Assembly (NCBI GenBank): GCA_029932605.1
Contig: JAOZPT010000054.1
Location: 1-14,644 of the forward strand
Reading direction: 5' to 3'
Length of the DNA stretch: 14,644 bases
Origin: Candidatus Zixiibacteriota bacterium
GTDB taxonomy: Bacteria > Zixibacteria > MSB-5A5 > UBA10806 > 4484-95
Every line of letters begins with the position of its first letter. Position 1 is the stretch's first letter. Positions 1 through 9,652 of the stretch are shown here, in pieces. Position numbers and translations under genes: made by a program. The notes below the pieces were generated by a model. It saw only the letters and a list, made by a program, of their open reading frames with translations, was not told the DNA's origin and did not search any database.

Positions 1-1878
1 GAATGTCTGACCTACCTGGATATTTCTTTTTATGAAAAGAGCAATAGCTACTCCTTGCCTTATATCAAAAACATTTTCATCTTTCGAACCGTCTGGACAT
101 TTCTCCTTTTTAAGGCTATTACCATGCAAATCTAAAATATAAATCTCGTTAAAGCTTTCCATCAAAGATTGGCGCATACCCCTAAAGGTTGGATTATCGA
201 GGTAACTATGATTTGTTATAAATCCTAAAACGCCTTCTCCTGCCTGTTCAATCTTCCATTGGGCAAAACGAATAAACTTTACATAATCATCTTGAAGCCA
301 CTTAGGATTTCTTTCTTCAAGAGGCTTTCCATCAACTTTATAATAACTTTTTGCCCCATTTTTATCTTCTTTTAGGAATCTAACCATTTCTGGCTTCATA
401 TTTGCGGATATGCCGGAATACGGCGGATTACCAAGTATTACCAAGATAGGCTGCTCTTTTTTAACCTTACCAGCCAAATGGGACTCTTCAGAAAGGGAAG
501 CCATGCCGGGTAGTTCAGTTTGGGCAAGCTCTTCCATCTCGAGAGTGTTTGTTAAGTATAGTTTGAATCTATCATCTTTTTGCAACTTATAACCAAGCTC
601 CTCTAATATAAAAGACATCTTTAAATGTCCAACCGCATAAGGCGCCATCATAAGCTCAAAAGCATAGAAATTATTTAAGATATGCTCCTTTATTAAATTT
701 TCTTTTCCCCCTTCACCATATTTTGAAACAAATTCTTCTACGGCTAATTTTGCGGATTCAGCCAAAAATGTAAGCGTTCCTGCGGCTGGATCTAAAACAG
801 TCACTGAGTTACTGGCGAATCCATCTGGTTTATTGAACTTTTCTTTAAGAATAATATTTAAAGAACGTACAATATAAGAAACAACAGACTCAGGAGTGTA
901 ATAGACGCCTCGTTTCTCTCTTGTTTTCGGGTCATATTCGGCCAGAAATGTTTCATAAAAATAAAAAATTGGATCCTTACCCTTGCCTTCATGAAAATAT
1001 TGATAAAGGATTTTATTAACGTCGGTAATTGCTAACACTTCGGAAATATCATCAATAATCCATTCCATTTGTTGGGTTAATTTACCAAATGAAATAAACA
1101 TGAAAATATCCCTTAATATTCCTATAGTGGGTGGAATATTATCATAAGCTAATTTTCTATTAAAACCATTCTTAGCCCTGGTACGGGCAGCAAAAAGGCC
1201 ATAGGTAATAGTTTGTGAATAAAGGTCAGCAAAATCTTCTTTAGTAAGTCCACTTATAAGAAACTGTTTAAATGCTTCGTAAAATCCAGTTATAAATTTT
1301 TCTTCTTTATCTTTTTCCTCCCTTAATTCTTGAGCAACTACTTCGTCTCTTAAAAACATCGTTCTTTTTGCCAATTCTTCCGCCAGACTTTTTGCATCAT
1401 AAATTTTTGGCAATGAAAATGAAAAATATTTTTCAAGTAGATTTAAAAATTCTGATTCCTTTTCAACAGGCGGTATAGTCTTTAACTTATGTATAATAAA
1501 TGGCCTAGCAATTGAAACTTTATCTATCAAAGAACCATTTCTATACAACCTGAATTCAAAAAAGTTTGTCAATATAAGATTTGGAAATGTATTCCTATAT
1601 CTATTCAATTGCTCTGAATCTTCAATGCTGTCTAAGTCCTTAACAGTTGGTTCTTTTGCTTCTATATATCCAATAATTTGTTGTTCTCCATCCCATATAC
1701 GAAAATCTGGATTACCCCCATCGGTTCTACGGGGTTGCGTTCTAACCTCTATTTTCTTTTTGCCTAACGATTCAGAATATTCATTTAACAAGCTTTCTAA
1801 TACAGAATAATAGCTTTCTTCTCTTGCATCACCACGCATAGCAATCTTATATACTTTTTTCAAATAATCTCTAATCAT
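1..1878 (-). CDS. Fused restriction endonuclease / N6-adenine DNA methyltransferase (Type IIG / Type ISP-related, no helicase in the visible part); 3'-truncated by the window edge
   Basis: Manually translated from ATG 1878 to base 1, 626 codons with no stop (MIRDYLKKVYKIAMRGDAREESYY...ENVFDIRQGVAIALFIKRNIQVGQTF). PD-(D/E)xK nuclease motif GNPDF...IGYIEAK (1654-1710), GVYYTP, SAM-binding motif I DPAAGTLTF (766-792), catalytic motif IV NPPY (418-429), then DDYVKFIRFAQW, GFITNHSYLDNPTFRGMR and LDLHGN. Absent from the ORF track, presumably because its stop lies outside the window. Confidence 0.92.
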   Translation of the reverse strand, partial: MIRDYLKKVYKIAMRGDAREESYYSVLESLLNEYSESLGKKKIEVRTQPRRTDGGNPDFRIWDGEQQIIGYIEAKEPTVKDLDSIEDSEQLNRYRNTFPNLILTNFFEFRLYRNGSLIDKVSIARPFIIHKLKTIPPVEKESEFLNLLEKYFSFSLPKIYDAKSLAEELAKRTMFLRDEVVAQELREEKDKEEKFITGFYEAFKQFLISGLTKEDFADLYSQTITYGLFAARTRAKNGFNRKLAYDNIPPTIGILRDIFMFISFGKLTQQMEWIIDDISEVLAITDVNKILYQYFHEGKGKDPIFYFYETFLAEYDPKTREKRGVYYTPESVVSYIVRSLNIILKEKFNKPDGFASNSVTVLDPAAGTLTFLAESAKLAVEEFVSKYGEGGKENLIKEHILNNFYAFELMMAPYAVGHLKMSFILEELGYKLQKDDRFKLYLTNTLEMEELAQTELPGMASLSEESHLAGKVKKEQPILVILGNPPYSGISANMKPEMVRFLKEDKNGAKSYYKVDGKPLEERNPKWLQDDYVKFIRFAQWKIEQAGEGVLGFITNHSYLDNPTFRGMRQSLMESFNEIYILDLHGNSLKKEKCPDGSKDENVFDIRQGVAIALFIKRNIQVGQTF

Positions 1879-1944
1879 TTTACTTTCTTATTAGCCTTAA
1901 AATGCCTATAATTTTTAAACAATATAACACATTGTATATAATTT

Positions 1945-3102
1945 TTAAAGTGAATTTACCAGATTCTTTGCCATCTCCGAAGCCTGCAAGTCAGCCCTAA
2001 ATATATCCTCAAGGGTTACCGCTTTGCCGGTGCCTATATCATCCATAGTCCTTTCAATCACATCATAAATCTGAACGAATTTAATTTTCCCTTCGAGGAA
2101 TGCTTCAACCGCTATCTCGTTAGCGGCATTTAATACCGCTGGTGATATACCTCCTTCTTTAACAGCTTTCAATGCCAGTTTCAGCGACTTGAATTTTTCC
2201 ATATCCGGTGGCTGGAAATCAAGAGATAATTTTTGCGAGAAATCAAGCTGGCAAACATCAAGAGCCACTCTTTCGGGATAGAAAAGGGCATATTGTATGG
2301 GTAATCGCATGTCCGGAAGCGACATCTGAGCCACAATTGAACCATCCATAAACTCAACCATAGAATGGACAATTGATTGAGGATGTATAACTACTTTTAT
2401 TTTTTCTACAGGTATATCAAACAGGTAAACCGCTTCTATAATTTCAAGGCCTTTGTTCATCATGGTGGCTGAATCGATCGTGATTTTAGGTCCCATTCTC
2501 CAGTTTGGGTGATGCAGGGCCTCCTCTATTGTTACATCATCAAGGTTGGCTCGGTTCAGGAACGGTCCGCCAGAACCGGTTAGGATTAAACTTGTCACTT
2601 CATCTTTTCCACCAGTTTGAAGGCATTGGAATATGGCCGAATGCTCTGAGTCAACAGGGATTATTTCCCCGTTATATTCGTTGGCAAGGTTTCTTAAGAT
2701 AGGTCCGGCGGCTACCATCGATTCTTTATTGGCAAGCGCCACTCTCTTGCCTGCTCTTAAAGCGGCTGCGGTAGCTTTAAGTCCAGCCGAACCTACAATC
2801 GCATTCAATACAATATCTGTTTCAGGAAGAGAGCTTAATACTTCAATAGCACTTTTATGACCGCTGTCATCTAAAATTTCAGTTGAGGAATCAGCAAAAG
2901 TTTTTCGCAAAAAATCCAAACCCACCTTATTGTTTATTGTAACAAAAGATGGGTTATATTTTTTTATCTGCTCCGTTAAGAGCTTATAGTTACGGTTAGC
3001 CGCCAGACCAATAATCTTAAGCTTGTCCGCATTCCTATCAATAATATCTAAGGCATTTTTGCCAATAGAACCAGTGCTGCCAAGTATGACGATGTTTCGC
3101 AC
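1945..3102 (-). CDS. dxr: 1-deoxy-D-xylulose 5-phosphate reductoisomerase (MEP pathway)
   Basis: GSTGSIG NADPH-binding motif, LANKES, PVDSEHSAI, SGGPF, HPNWxMGxKITIDSATMMNKGLE, HPQSIVHS, PDMRLPI. GTG start, 385 aa. Confidence 0.98.
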   Translation of the reverse strand: MRNIVILGSTGSIGKNALDIIDRNADKLKIIGLAANRNYKLLTEQIKKYNPSFVTINNKVGLDFLRKTFADSSTEILDDSGHKSAIEVLSSLPETDIVLNAIVGSAGLKATAAALRAGKRVALANKESMVAAGPILRNLANEYNGEIIPVDSEHSAIFQCLQTGGKDEVTSLILTGSGGPFLNRANLDDVTIEEALHHPNWRMGPKITIDSATMMNKGLEIIEAVYLFDIPVEKIKVVIHPQSIVHSMVEFMDGSIVAQMSLPDMRLPIQYALFYPERVALDVCQLDFSQKLSLDFQPPDMEKFKSLKLALKAVKEGGISPAVLNAANEIAVEAFLEGKIKFVQIYDVIERTMDDIGTGKAVTLEDIFRADLQASEMAKNLVNSL

Positions 3103-3140
3103 TATATTTTATCGAGTCACTCTAACCATAATTACTGGTT

Positions 3141-3761
3141 TTATTTGGTTATTTCCTTTTCTTCACTGACCGTTTTTAGACGAGCTTCAATTATTTTCAC
3201 CGGTTCGATAGGTTTCTGCTTTTCAACTTTAACCTTTGATATCGCATCTACAACATCCATGCCCTTAATCACCCTAGCAAAACACGGAAATTTGGGGTCA
3301 AGATGCGGAGCGTCACCAAGTAAGATGTAAAACTGCGAACCGTTAATCCCTTGAGGAGATTGAGCCATGGCAATATAAGAACGTTTATTTTTATATTTTG
3401 ATTTTTCAGGCTCGAGCCTGTAACCCGGTCCGCCACCACCTGTACCAGTAGGGTCACCACCCTGTATAACAAAGCCCGGAACAATCCTGTGGAAACTGAC
3501 ATCATCATAAAATTCATTTTCTACAAGCTTCAAAAAATTACCACCATGTATAGGGCAATCTTTCTCGAACACTTCAATTTCTATATCGCCCATACTTGTT
3601 TTCATCAATACGATTGGATTACCAGCTTCGGTTCGGGCATACACAACCTTCTTCTCAACAGCTGGCTTGGAAATTTCTTCCGCCTGTTTTTCTTCCTCTT
3701 TCTTCTGTTGACCCGAACAGGCAACCAAAAGGGCCAGAAGCACTACTGCATACTTTCTCAT
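3141..3761 (-). CDS. Cyclophilin-type peptidyl-prolyl cis-trans isomerase, predicted lipoprotein (206 aa)
   Basis: FHRIVPGFVIQGGDP, GGGPGY, AMA..NGSQFYI, GMDVVDAI. Start moved from 3800 to ATG 3761, which follows AAGGAGAGG and gives signal peptide MRKYAVVLLALLVA-C with lipobox LVAC. Confidence 0.93.
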   Translation of the reverse strand: MRKYAVVLLALLVACSGQQKKEEEKQAEEISKPAVEKKVVYARTEAGNPIVLMKTSMGDIEIEVFEKDCPIHGGNFLKLVENEFYDDVSFHRIVPGFVIQGGDPTGTGGGGPGYRLEPEKSKYKNKRSYIAMAQSPQGINGSQFYILLGDAPHLDPKFPCFARVIKGMDVVDAISKVKVEKQKPIEPVKIIEARLKTVSEEKEITK

Positions 3762-3764
3762 CAA

Positions 3765-3773
3765 CCTCTCCTT
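3765..3773 (-). promoter_or_regulatory. Shine-Dalgarno of the PPIase gene
   Basis: Minus strand reads AAGGAGAGG-TTG-ATG. Confidence 0.7.
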
Positions 3774-3803
3774 TTTAATTTTAATATTTGCCAAAAACAT
3801 AGT

Positions 3804-3833
3804 AATTTAAAGTCCATCTTCATATTAAGTCAA
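3804..3833 (-). promoter_or_regulatory. Putative sigma70-type promoter for the PPIase and dxr genes
   Basis: TTGACT (3833-3828), 18-nt spacer, TAAATT (3809-3804). Same -35 hexamer as the candidate upstream of atpZ. Confidence 0.45.
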
Positions 3834-3914
3834 GAAAAACGACGTAGTATATTTTAAAAATGTATTAAAAATTGCACTTTTTCTGTTTCATACAAAATTG
3901 TAAGTCGCTTGCGT

Positions 3915-4325
3915 TTATATTTCATCTCTCTTCCTGGCCATTTTCTGTCGCCATATTGCCCTTTTCAATGCCGCTTCGGCGCGAGTCTCATCTATCTCCG
4001 AGTTTTTTCTTTTTGCAAGTCTTTCCCTAGCTCTCTTTTCAGCAGCTTTAGCCCTTTCCACGTCAATCTCACTCGATCTCTCTACAGCATCCGCTAAAAT
4101 TGTTGCTACATTGCTGGAAACCTCAAGAAAACCGCCAGATACAAAATATACAGACTTCTGATTTGATGTATCCTTGATCTCAAGCCGCCCGGGGACTAAT
4201 GGTGTTATAAGGGGGGCATGGTTAGTTAACACGCCAAGATAGCCAATCATACCCGGGGCAACAATAGAGGTCACATCCTTTTCAAAAACAACTTTCTCAG
4301 GGGTTACCACAGAGAGTTTAAACAT
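3915..4325 (-). CDS. atpC: ATP synthase F1 epsilon subunit
   Basis: VVTPE, GYLGVLTNHAPLIT, VSGGFLEV, IDVERA helical hairpin. Last gene of the atp operon; its ATG directly abuts the atpD stop. Confidence 0.97.
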   Translation of the reverse strand: MFKLSVVTPEKVVFEKDVTSIVAPGMIGYLGVLTNHAPLITPLVPGRLEIKDTSNQKSVYFVSGGFLEVSSNVATILADAVERSSEIDVERAKAAEKRARERLAKRKNSEIDETRAEAALKRAIWRQKMARKRDEI

Positions 4326-5783
<1,458 letters not shown>

Positions 5784-5820
5784 TCAATCATTACCGTTTC
5801 AGGAGCATAAACATAAAAAT

Positions 5821-6678
5821 TTACTTTACTGCTTCAGCACCACCAACAATGTCAAGTAATTCTTTAGTGATAGCCGCCTGCCGAACTTTGTTGCGAACTA
5901 AAGTTAAATGGTCTACCATCTCCTCGGCATTCCTGGTGGCATTACTCATGGCAACCACACGTGCACCATTTTCAGAGGCGAACGATTCTAAAAGGGCTGT
6001 TAATATCTTAGTTAAGCAATAACGTGGAACAAGGTTGCTAAATATCTCGTCGGCTGACGGTTCAAAAATATACTCAGATGGAGCCCTTTCATCTACTCCC
6101 TCAGGTTTCTCAATAGGTAAAAACTTTTCAAGGGTTATTTTATGAGTAGCTGTAGAAACAAATAATGTGTAAAGAAGGTGAACCTCATCCACATCACCCT
6201 TTTTAAAACTCCTCGTAATATCATTTGCAAGTTTTCGAACCATCTGGATATCAGCTTTGCCACCTGTCTGGGGAATTGCAATAGCTATAGGATAAGGTTT
6301 CTTTTTAAAGAAATTGACCGCTTTTTTACCTATCAGACCAAGTTTAACTGAATCTCTGGGTGATTCATTTATGTAGCGAACTGCATTGCGAATAACGTTT
6401 GAGTTATAGGAACCACATAAACCCCGATCAGCCGTGATGATCACCAGAAGGGAGGAATTAACTTTCCTTTCTTCAAATAGAGGATGTTGCAGACCAACAG
6501 CGGTACCCGCCAAAGACTCAAGCATCTGTTGCATCTTCAAACCATAAGGCCTTGCTGATTCTACCAAAGCTTGTGCCCGGTGAAGTTTTGCTGCAGCAAC
6601 CATTTCCATCGCCTTGGTAATCTTTTTGGTCGAATCAACCGACCTTATTCGCTTCTTGATATCTCGCAGTGTCGTCAA
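5821..6678 (-). CDS. atpG: ATP synthase F1 gamma subunit (TTG start)
   Basis: KITKAMEMVAAAKL, ADRGLCGSYN, ASENGAR..AM..AT.NA, RQAAITKELLDIVGGA. Confidence 0.98.
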   Translation of the reverse strand: MTTLRDIKKRIRSVDSTKKITKAMEMVAAAKLHRAQALVESARPYGLKMQQMLESLAGTAVGLQHPLFEERKVNSSLLVIITADRGLCGSYNSNVIRNAVRYINESPRDSVKLGLIGKKAVNFFKKKPYPIAIAIPQTGGKADIQMVRKLANDITRSFKKGDVDEVHLLYTLFVSTATHKITLEKFLPIEKPEGVDERAPSEYIFEPSADEIFSNLVPRYCLTKILTALLESFASENGARVVAMSNATRNAEEMVDHLTLVRNKVRQAAITKELLDIVGGAEAVK

Positions 6679-6723
6679 TATTTATCAGTCCATATAATGT
6701 TAATATATCACCATGTCATACAA

Positions 6724-6743
6724 TAGAATATACATATATTCTA
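6724..6743. repeat. Perfect inverted repeat TAGAATATA-CA-TATATTCTA, 3 nt downstream of the atpA stop
   Basis: Read directly: 6724-6732 is the reverse complement of 6735-6743. Function not established. Confidence 0.75.
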
Positions 6744-6746
6744 AAG

Positions 6747-8255
6747 TTATACTTTAAATTCGATTTTGAACTTCTCTAAAGCCTTTCTCATTTTTCCCTC
6801 AAGAGCATCCTCTAATACTTTTTTGGTTTTCAACTCGTGTCCAATATCGGGATATTCCTTTTCCATAAAATCGTGAAAATTCTCCTCGAACTGTTTGAGC
6901 TTTTCAACCGGGATATCATCAAGAAAACCATTTACAGCTGCCCAGATAATCATAACCTGTTTTTCAAGAGGCATGGGAACATATTGGTCCTGCTTTAAAA
7001 TTTCCTCGGTTACCTTACCACGGTTGAGCTGTTTGATGGTAGCTTCATCAAGCTCAGAGCCAAACTGGGTGAAGGCTGCAAGTTCTCGATACTGGGCAAG
7101 GTTAAGGCGTAACGAACCAGCGACCTTTTTCATAGCCTTTGTCTGAGCATTCCCACCGACTCGAGAAACGGAAATACCAACATTTATTGCCGGACGGAAA
7201 CCAGCATAAAACAAGTCTGGCTCAAGATATATCTGGCCATCGGTTATGGAAATTACATTCGTAGGAATATATGCTGAAACATCACCTGCTTGAGTTTCAA
7301 TAATAGGTAAGGCTGTAAGAGAACCACCTCCCAATTCATCATTAAGCTTAGCCGCACGCTCCAAAAGGCGGGAATGAAGGAAAAATACATCCCCGGGGTA
7401 AGCCTCACGGCCAGGAGGACGACGCACCAGAAGAGAAAGCTGGCGGTAAGCCTGAGCATGTTTTGACAGGTCATCATAAACACAGATAGCGTGTTTACCG
7501 TTATCCCTTAAATGTTCACCCATCGAACATCCTGCATAAGGAGCAATATATTGCATCGGCGCTGGGTCATTAGCGGAAGCAACAATTACAGTAGTGTAAT
7601 CCATGGCCCCATAATCCTCAAATACTTTAATCACTTTTGCTACAGTTGAAGATTTCTGGCCAATAGCCACATAAAAACAATAGATATCCGAATCGCGCTG
7701 GTTGATAATAGTATCAACTACTAAAGCAGTTTTGCCAGTCTGCCGGTCACCTATAATCAACTCACGCTGTCCTCTACCGATAGGTATCATCGAATCTATT
7801 GATTTTAAACCTGTCTGGACCGGCTCTTTTACTGGTTGACGAGAGACAACATTAGGAGCAATGCCCTCAATAGGCCGAAATTCTTCAGTAACAATTGGTC
7901 CCTTACCATCAAGAGGTTGGCCCAGAGGATTGACCACCCGACCAACAAGAGCCTCACCAACAGGTACACGGGCAACAGCACCAGTGCGTCGAACTGTATC
8001 ACCTTCTTTTATATTGATGTCCGAACCAAAGATCGCTGCCGAGACTGAATCCTCCTCAAGGTTTAAAATCATGCCAATGATGTCCCCCGGAAACTGCAGC
8101 AACTCAGACATCATGGCATCTTCAAGGCCCCAGATGTGAGCTATACCATCACCCACCTGAACGATAGTGCCCACCGATTCCATCTCAAGCTTGGTCTGGT
8201 ATTGCTCAATCTCCTTCTGTAAAATTGAACTTACTTCTTCAGGACGGAAAGCCAT
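6747..8255 (-). CDS. atpA: ATP synthase F1 alpha subunit
   Basis: [51 protein letters not shown] upstream. Confidence 0.99.
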   Translation of the reverse strand: MAFRPEEVSSILQKEIEQYQTKLEMESVGTIVQVGDGIAHIWGLEDAMMSELLQFPGDIIGMILNLEEDSVSAAIFGSDINIKEGDTVRRTGAVARVPVGEALVGRVVNPLGQPLDGKGPIVTEEFRPIEGIAPNVVSRQPVKEPVQTGLKSIDSMIPIGRGQRELIIGDRQTGKTALVVDTIINQRDSDIYCFYVAIGQKSSTVAKVIKVFEDYGAMDYTTVIVASANDPAPMQYIAPYAGCSMGEHLRDNGKHAICVYDDLSKHAQAYRQLSLLVRRPPGREAYPGDVFFLHSRLLERAAKLNDELGGGSLTALPIIETQAGDVSAYIPTNVISITDGQIYLEPDLFYAGFRPAINVGISVSRVGGNAQTKAMKKVAGSLRLNLAQYRELAAFTQFGSELDEATIKQLNRGKVTEEILKQDQYVPMPLEKQVMIIWAAVNGFLDDIPVEKLKQFEENFHDFMEKEYPDIGHELKTKKVLEDALEGKMRKALEKFKIEFKV

Positions 8256-8267
8256 AAACCACCTCTA

Positions 8268-8816
8268 TTAATAAACCTTTACTTTTAAAAGGTCATGTTT
8301 TAAAATCTCAAGCTGGCGTTTGATTGACCTATCGATAACGATATTGTGTAAATAAACAATCATTCCACCGATTATCGACTTGTCAATTTTATGGACTATA
8401 TCAACCTTTTTATTTGATATTTTCTCCAACTTCTCTTTTAAACGTGTCTTCTCCTCATCGGTTAAATATATCGAGGTAATAACCTGGGCTCTAATCAATC
8501 CCTTGTGGTCTTCCACTAATCTCTCAAACTGATAAACGATATCGGATAATAAGCTTATTCTGTGTTTTTCAAGGAGAAGCTCTAAAAAAAGCAGTAATCG
8601 GGGTGCTAATCTTGTTGTGAAAAGATCACGAAGCACATTTGCCTTTTGTTCCGTCTGCACCTGAGGAGCTTTCAGAAATTTTATAAAATCCTTGTCTTTT
8701 ACAGCAAGAGACCGAAGTTGATGGATATCAGCGGCAATGATATCAAGATTGCCACTATCCAGTCCGGTCTTGAAAAGAGCAAGAGCATATCTTCGGGCTA
8801 TCTGAGTTTCTCTCAT
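8268..8816 (-). CDS. atpH: ATP synthase F1 delta subunit
   Basis: IARRYALALF, IDKSIIGGM, VIDRSIK. ATGA overlap with atpF and the expected operon position. Confidence 0.96.
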   Translation of the reverse strand: MRETQIARRYALALFKTGLDSGNLDIIAADIHQLRSLAVKDKDFIKFLKAPQVQTEQKANVLRDLFTTRLAPRLLLFLELLLEKHRISLLSDIVYQFERLVEDHKGLIRAQVITSIYLTDEEKTRLKEKLEKISNKKVDIVHKIDKSIIGGMIVYLHNIVIDRSIKRQLEILKHDLLKVKVY

Positions 8817-9337
8817 TTTGTTTCCGCACCCCGGTCGATATTCTCCATCTCGTCAATAAATTTTGAGAGCATCACACGTTGTTTTTTCTCATCTAGTTCC
8901 ACAGCGATAATCTTCTCGGTGGCAGCAATTGTCATGTTGACAATATCATTCCGCAGTTCTAATTTAGCCCTGGCAATATCACGAGACAGTTCCTCTCGAG
9001 CTTTGCTGATGATTTCTTTTGCCTCTGCCCGGGCTTGTCCTCTTATTTCTCCGGCTACTTTATTGCCATCCGCGATTGCCTCCTGAATCCTGGCTCTGGC
9101 CATGGCATCAATATCCTTCATCTTTTTCTGATAGTCAGCCAGTATACCAGCCGCATCCTCTTTGACACTTTCCGCTGACTCCAGATCGGCCCTAATTTTC
9201 TCCCGCCGTTGTTCAAGCATACCCATTATAGGTTTCCAAGCGAATTTCTTCAGAATCCAAACAGCTACCAGAAAACCAACTATCTGGGTCAACAGTTCAG
9301 TTAACTCTATGCCAAGTGATGCTGCGATATCACCCAT
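8813..9337 (-). CDS. atpF: ATP synthase Fo subunit b
   Basis: Single N-terminal TM helix, LKKFAWKPI..LEQR, long Ala/charged coiled coil. SD GGAGG upstream. Confidence 0.96.
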   Translation of the reverse strand: MGDIAASLGIELTELLTQIVGFLVAVWILKKFAWKPIMGMLEQRREKIRADLESAESVKEDAAGILADYQKKMKDIDAMARARIQEAIADGNKVAGEIRGQARAEAKEIISKAREELSRDIARAKLELRNDIVNMTIAATEKIIAVELDEKKQRVMLSKFIDEMENIDRGAETK

Positions 9338-9342
9338 ATATC

Positions 9343-9357
9343 CTCCCCTTGAAGGAG
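9343..9357 (-). promoter_or_regulatory. Short hairpin that could occlude the atpF Shine-Dalgarno
   Basis: mRNA CUCCUU-CAA-GGGGAG forms 6 bp including 2 G-U pairs; the 3' arm covers most of the SD GGAGG (9346-9342). Confidence 0.4.
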
Positions 9358-9377
9358 CGTCTTAAAATCACTTCCGT

Positions 9378-9394
9378 AATAGCAAAATGCTATT
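9378..9394. repeat. Inverted repeat overlapping the atpE stop codon
   Basis: Plus strand AATAGCA-AAA-TGCTATT, a perfect 7-3-7 repeat. Confidence 0.55.
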
Positions 9395-9611
9395 TTATAA
9401 GGATGACCGCAACTAGAGCATAAATGGTCAGAGCCTCGATGAATGCCGCACCGATTATCATACCGGTCTGTATCTTGCCCGCCGCCTCGGGTTGGCGGCC
9501 CATGGCCTCCATAGCAGAACCAACAGCTCTGCCAAGACCCAAACTGGATCCAACAGCTGCAATAGCAACTGTCAATGGAAGTAAAAATCCTCTTGCGGTT
9601 TCAGCGTCCAC
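9390..9611 (-). CDS. atpE: ATP synthase Fo subunit c (GTG start), predicted H+-type
   Basis: Helical hairpin with RQPE loop and essential Glu59 in FIEALTIY. Confidence 0.98.
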   Translation of the reverse strand: MDAETARGFLLPLTVAIAAVGSSLGLGRAVGSAMEAMGRQPEAAGKIQTGMIIGAAFIEALTIYALVAVILIK

Positions 9612-9652
9612 GACTCCTCCTTTTAGTTATTATTTAAAATTTCATTATGTTC
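9612..9652 (-). promoter_or_regulatory. Strong SD (AAGGAGG) with an AU-rich upstream tract before atpE
   Basis: mRNA-sense GAACATAATGAAATTTTAAATAATAACTAAAAGGAGGAGTC-GTG. The best SD match in the operon, resembling the AU-rich translational enhancer of E. coli atpE. Confidence 0.65.

Noticed and set aside
766..792. MTase motif I reads DPAAGTLTF rather than DPAxGTGxF
   Set aside because: The rest of motif I and NPPY are intact and the frame is uninterrupted; one substitution is not evidence of inactivation.
3762..3800. Longer PPIase start at 3800 given in the ORF track
   Set aside because: The extension contains the SD, and ATG 3761 yields a clean lipoprotein signal peptide.
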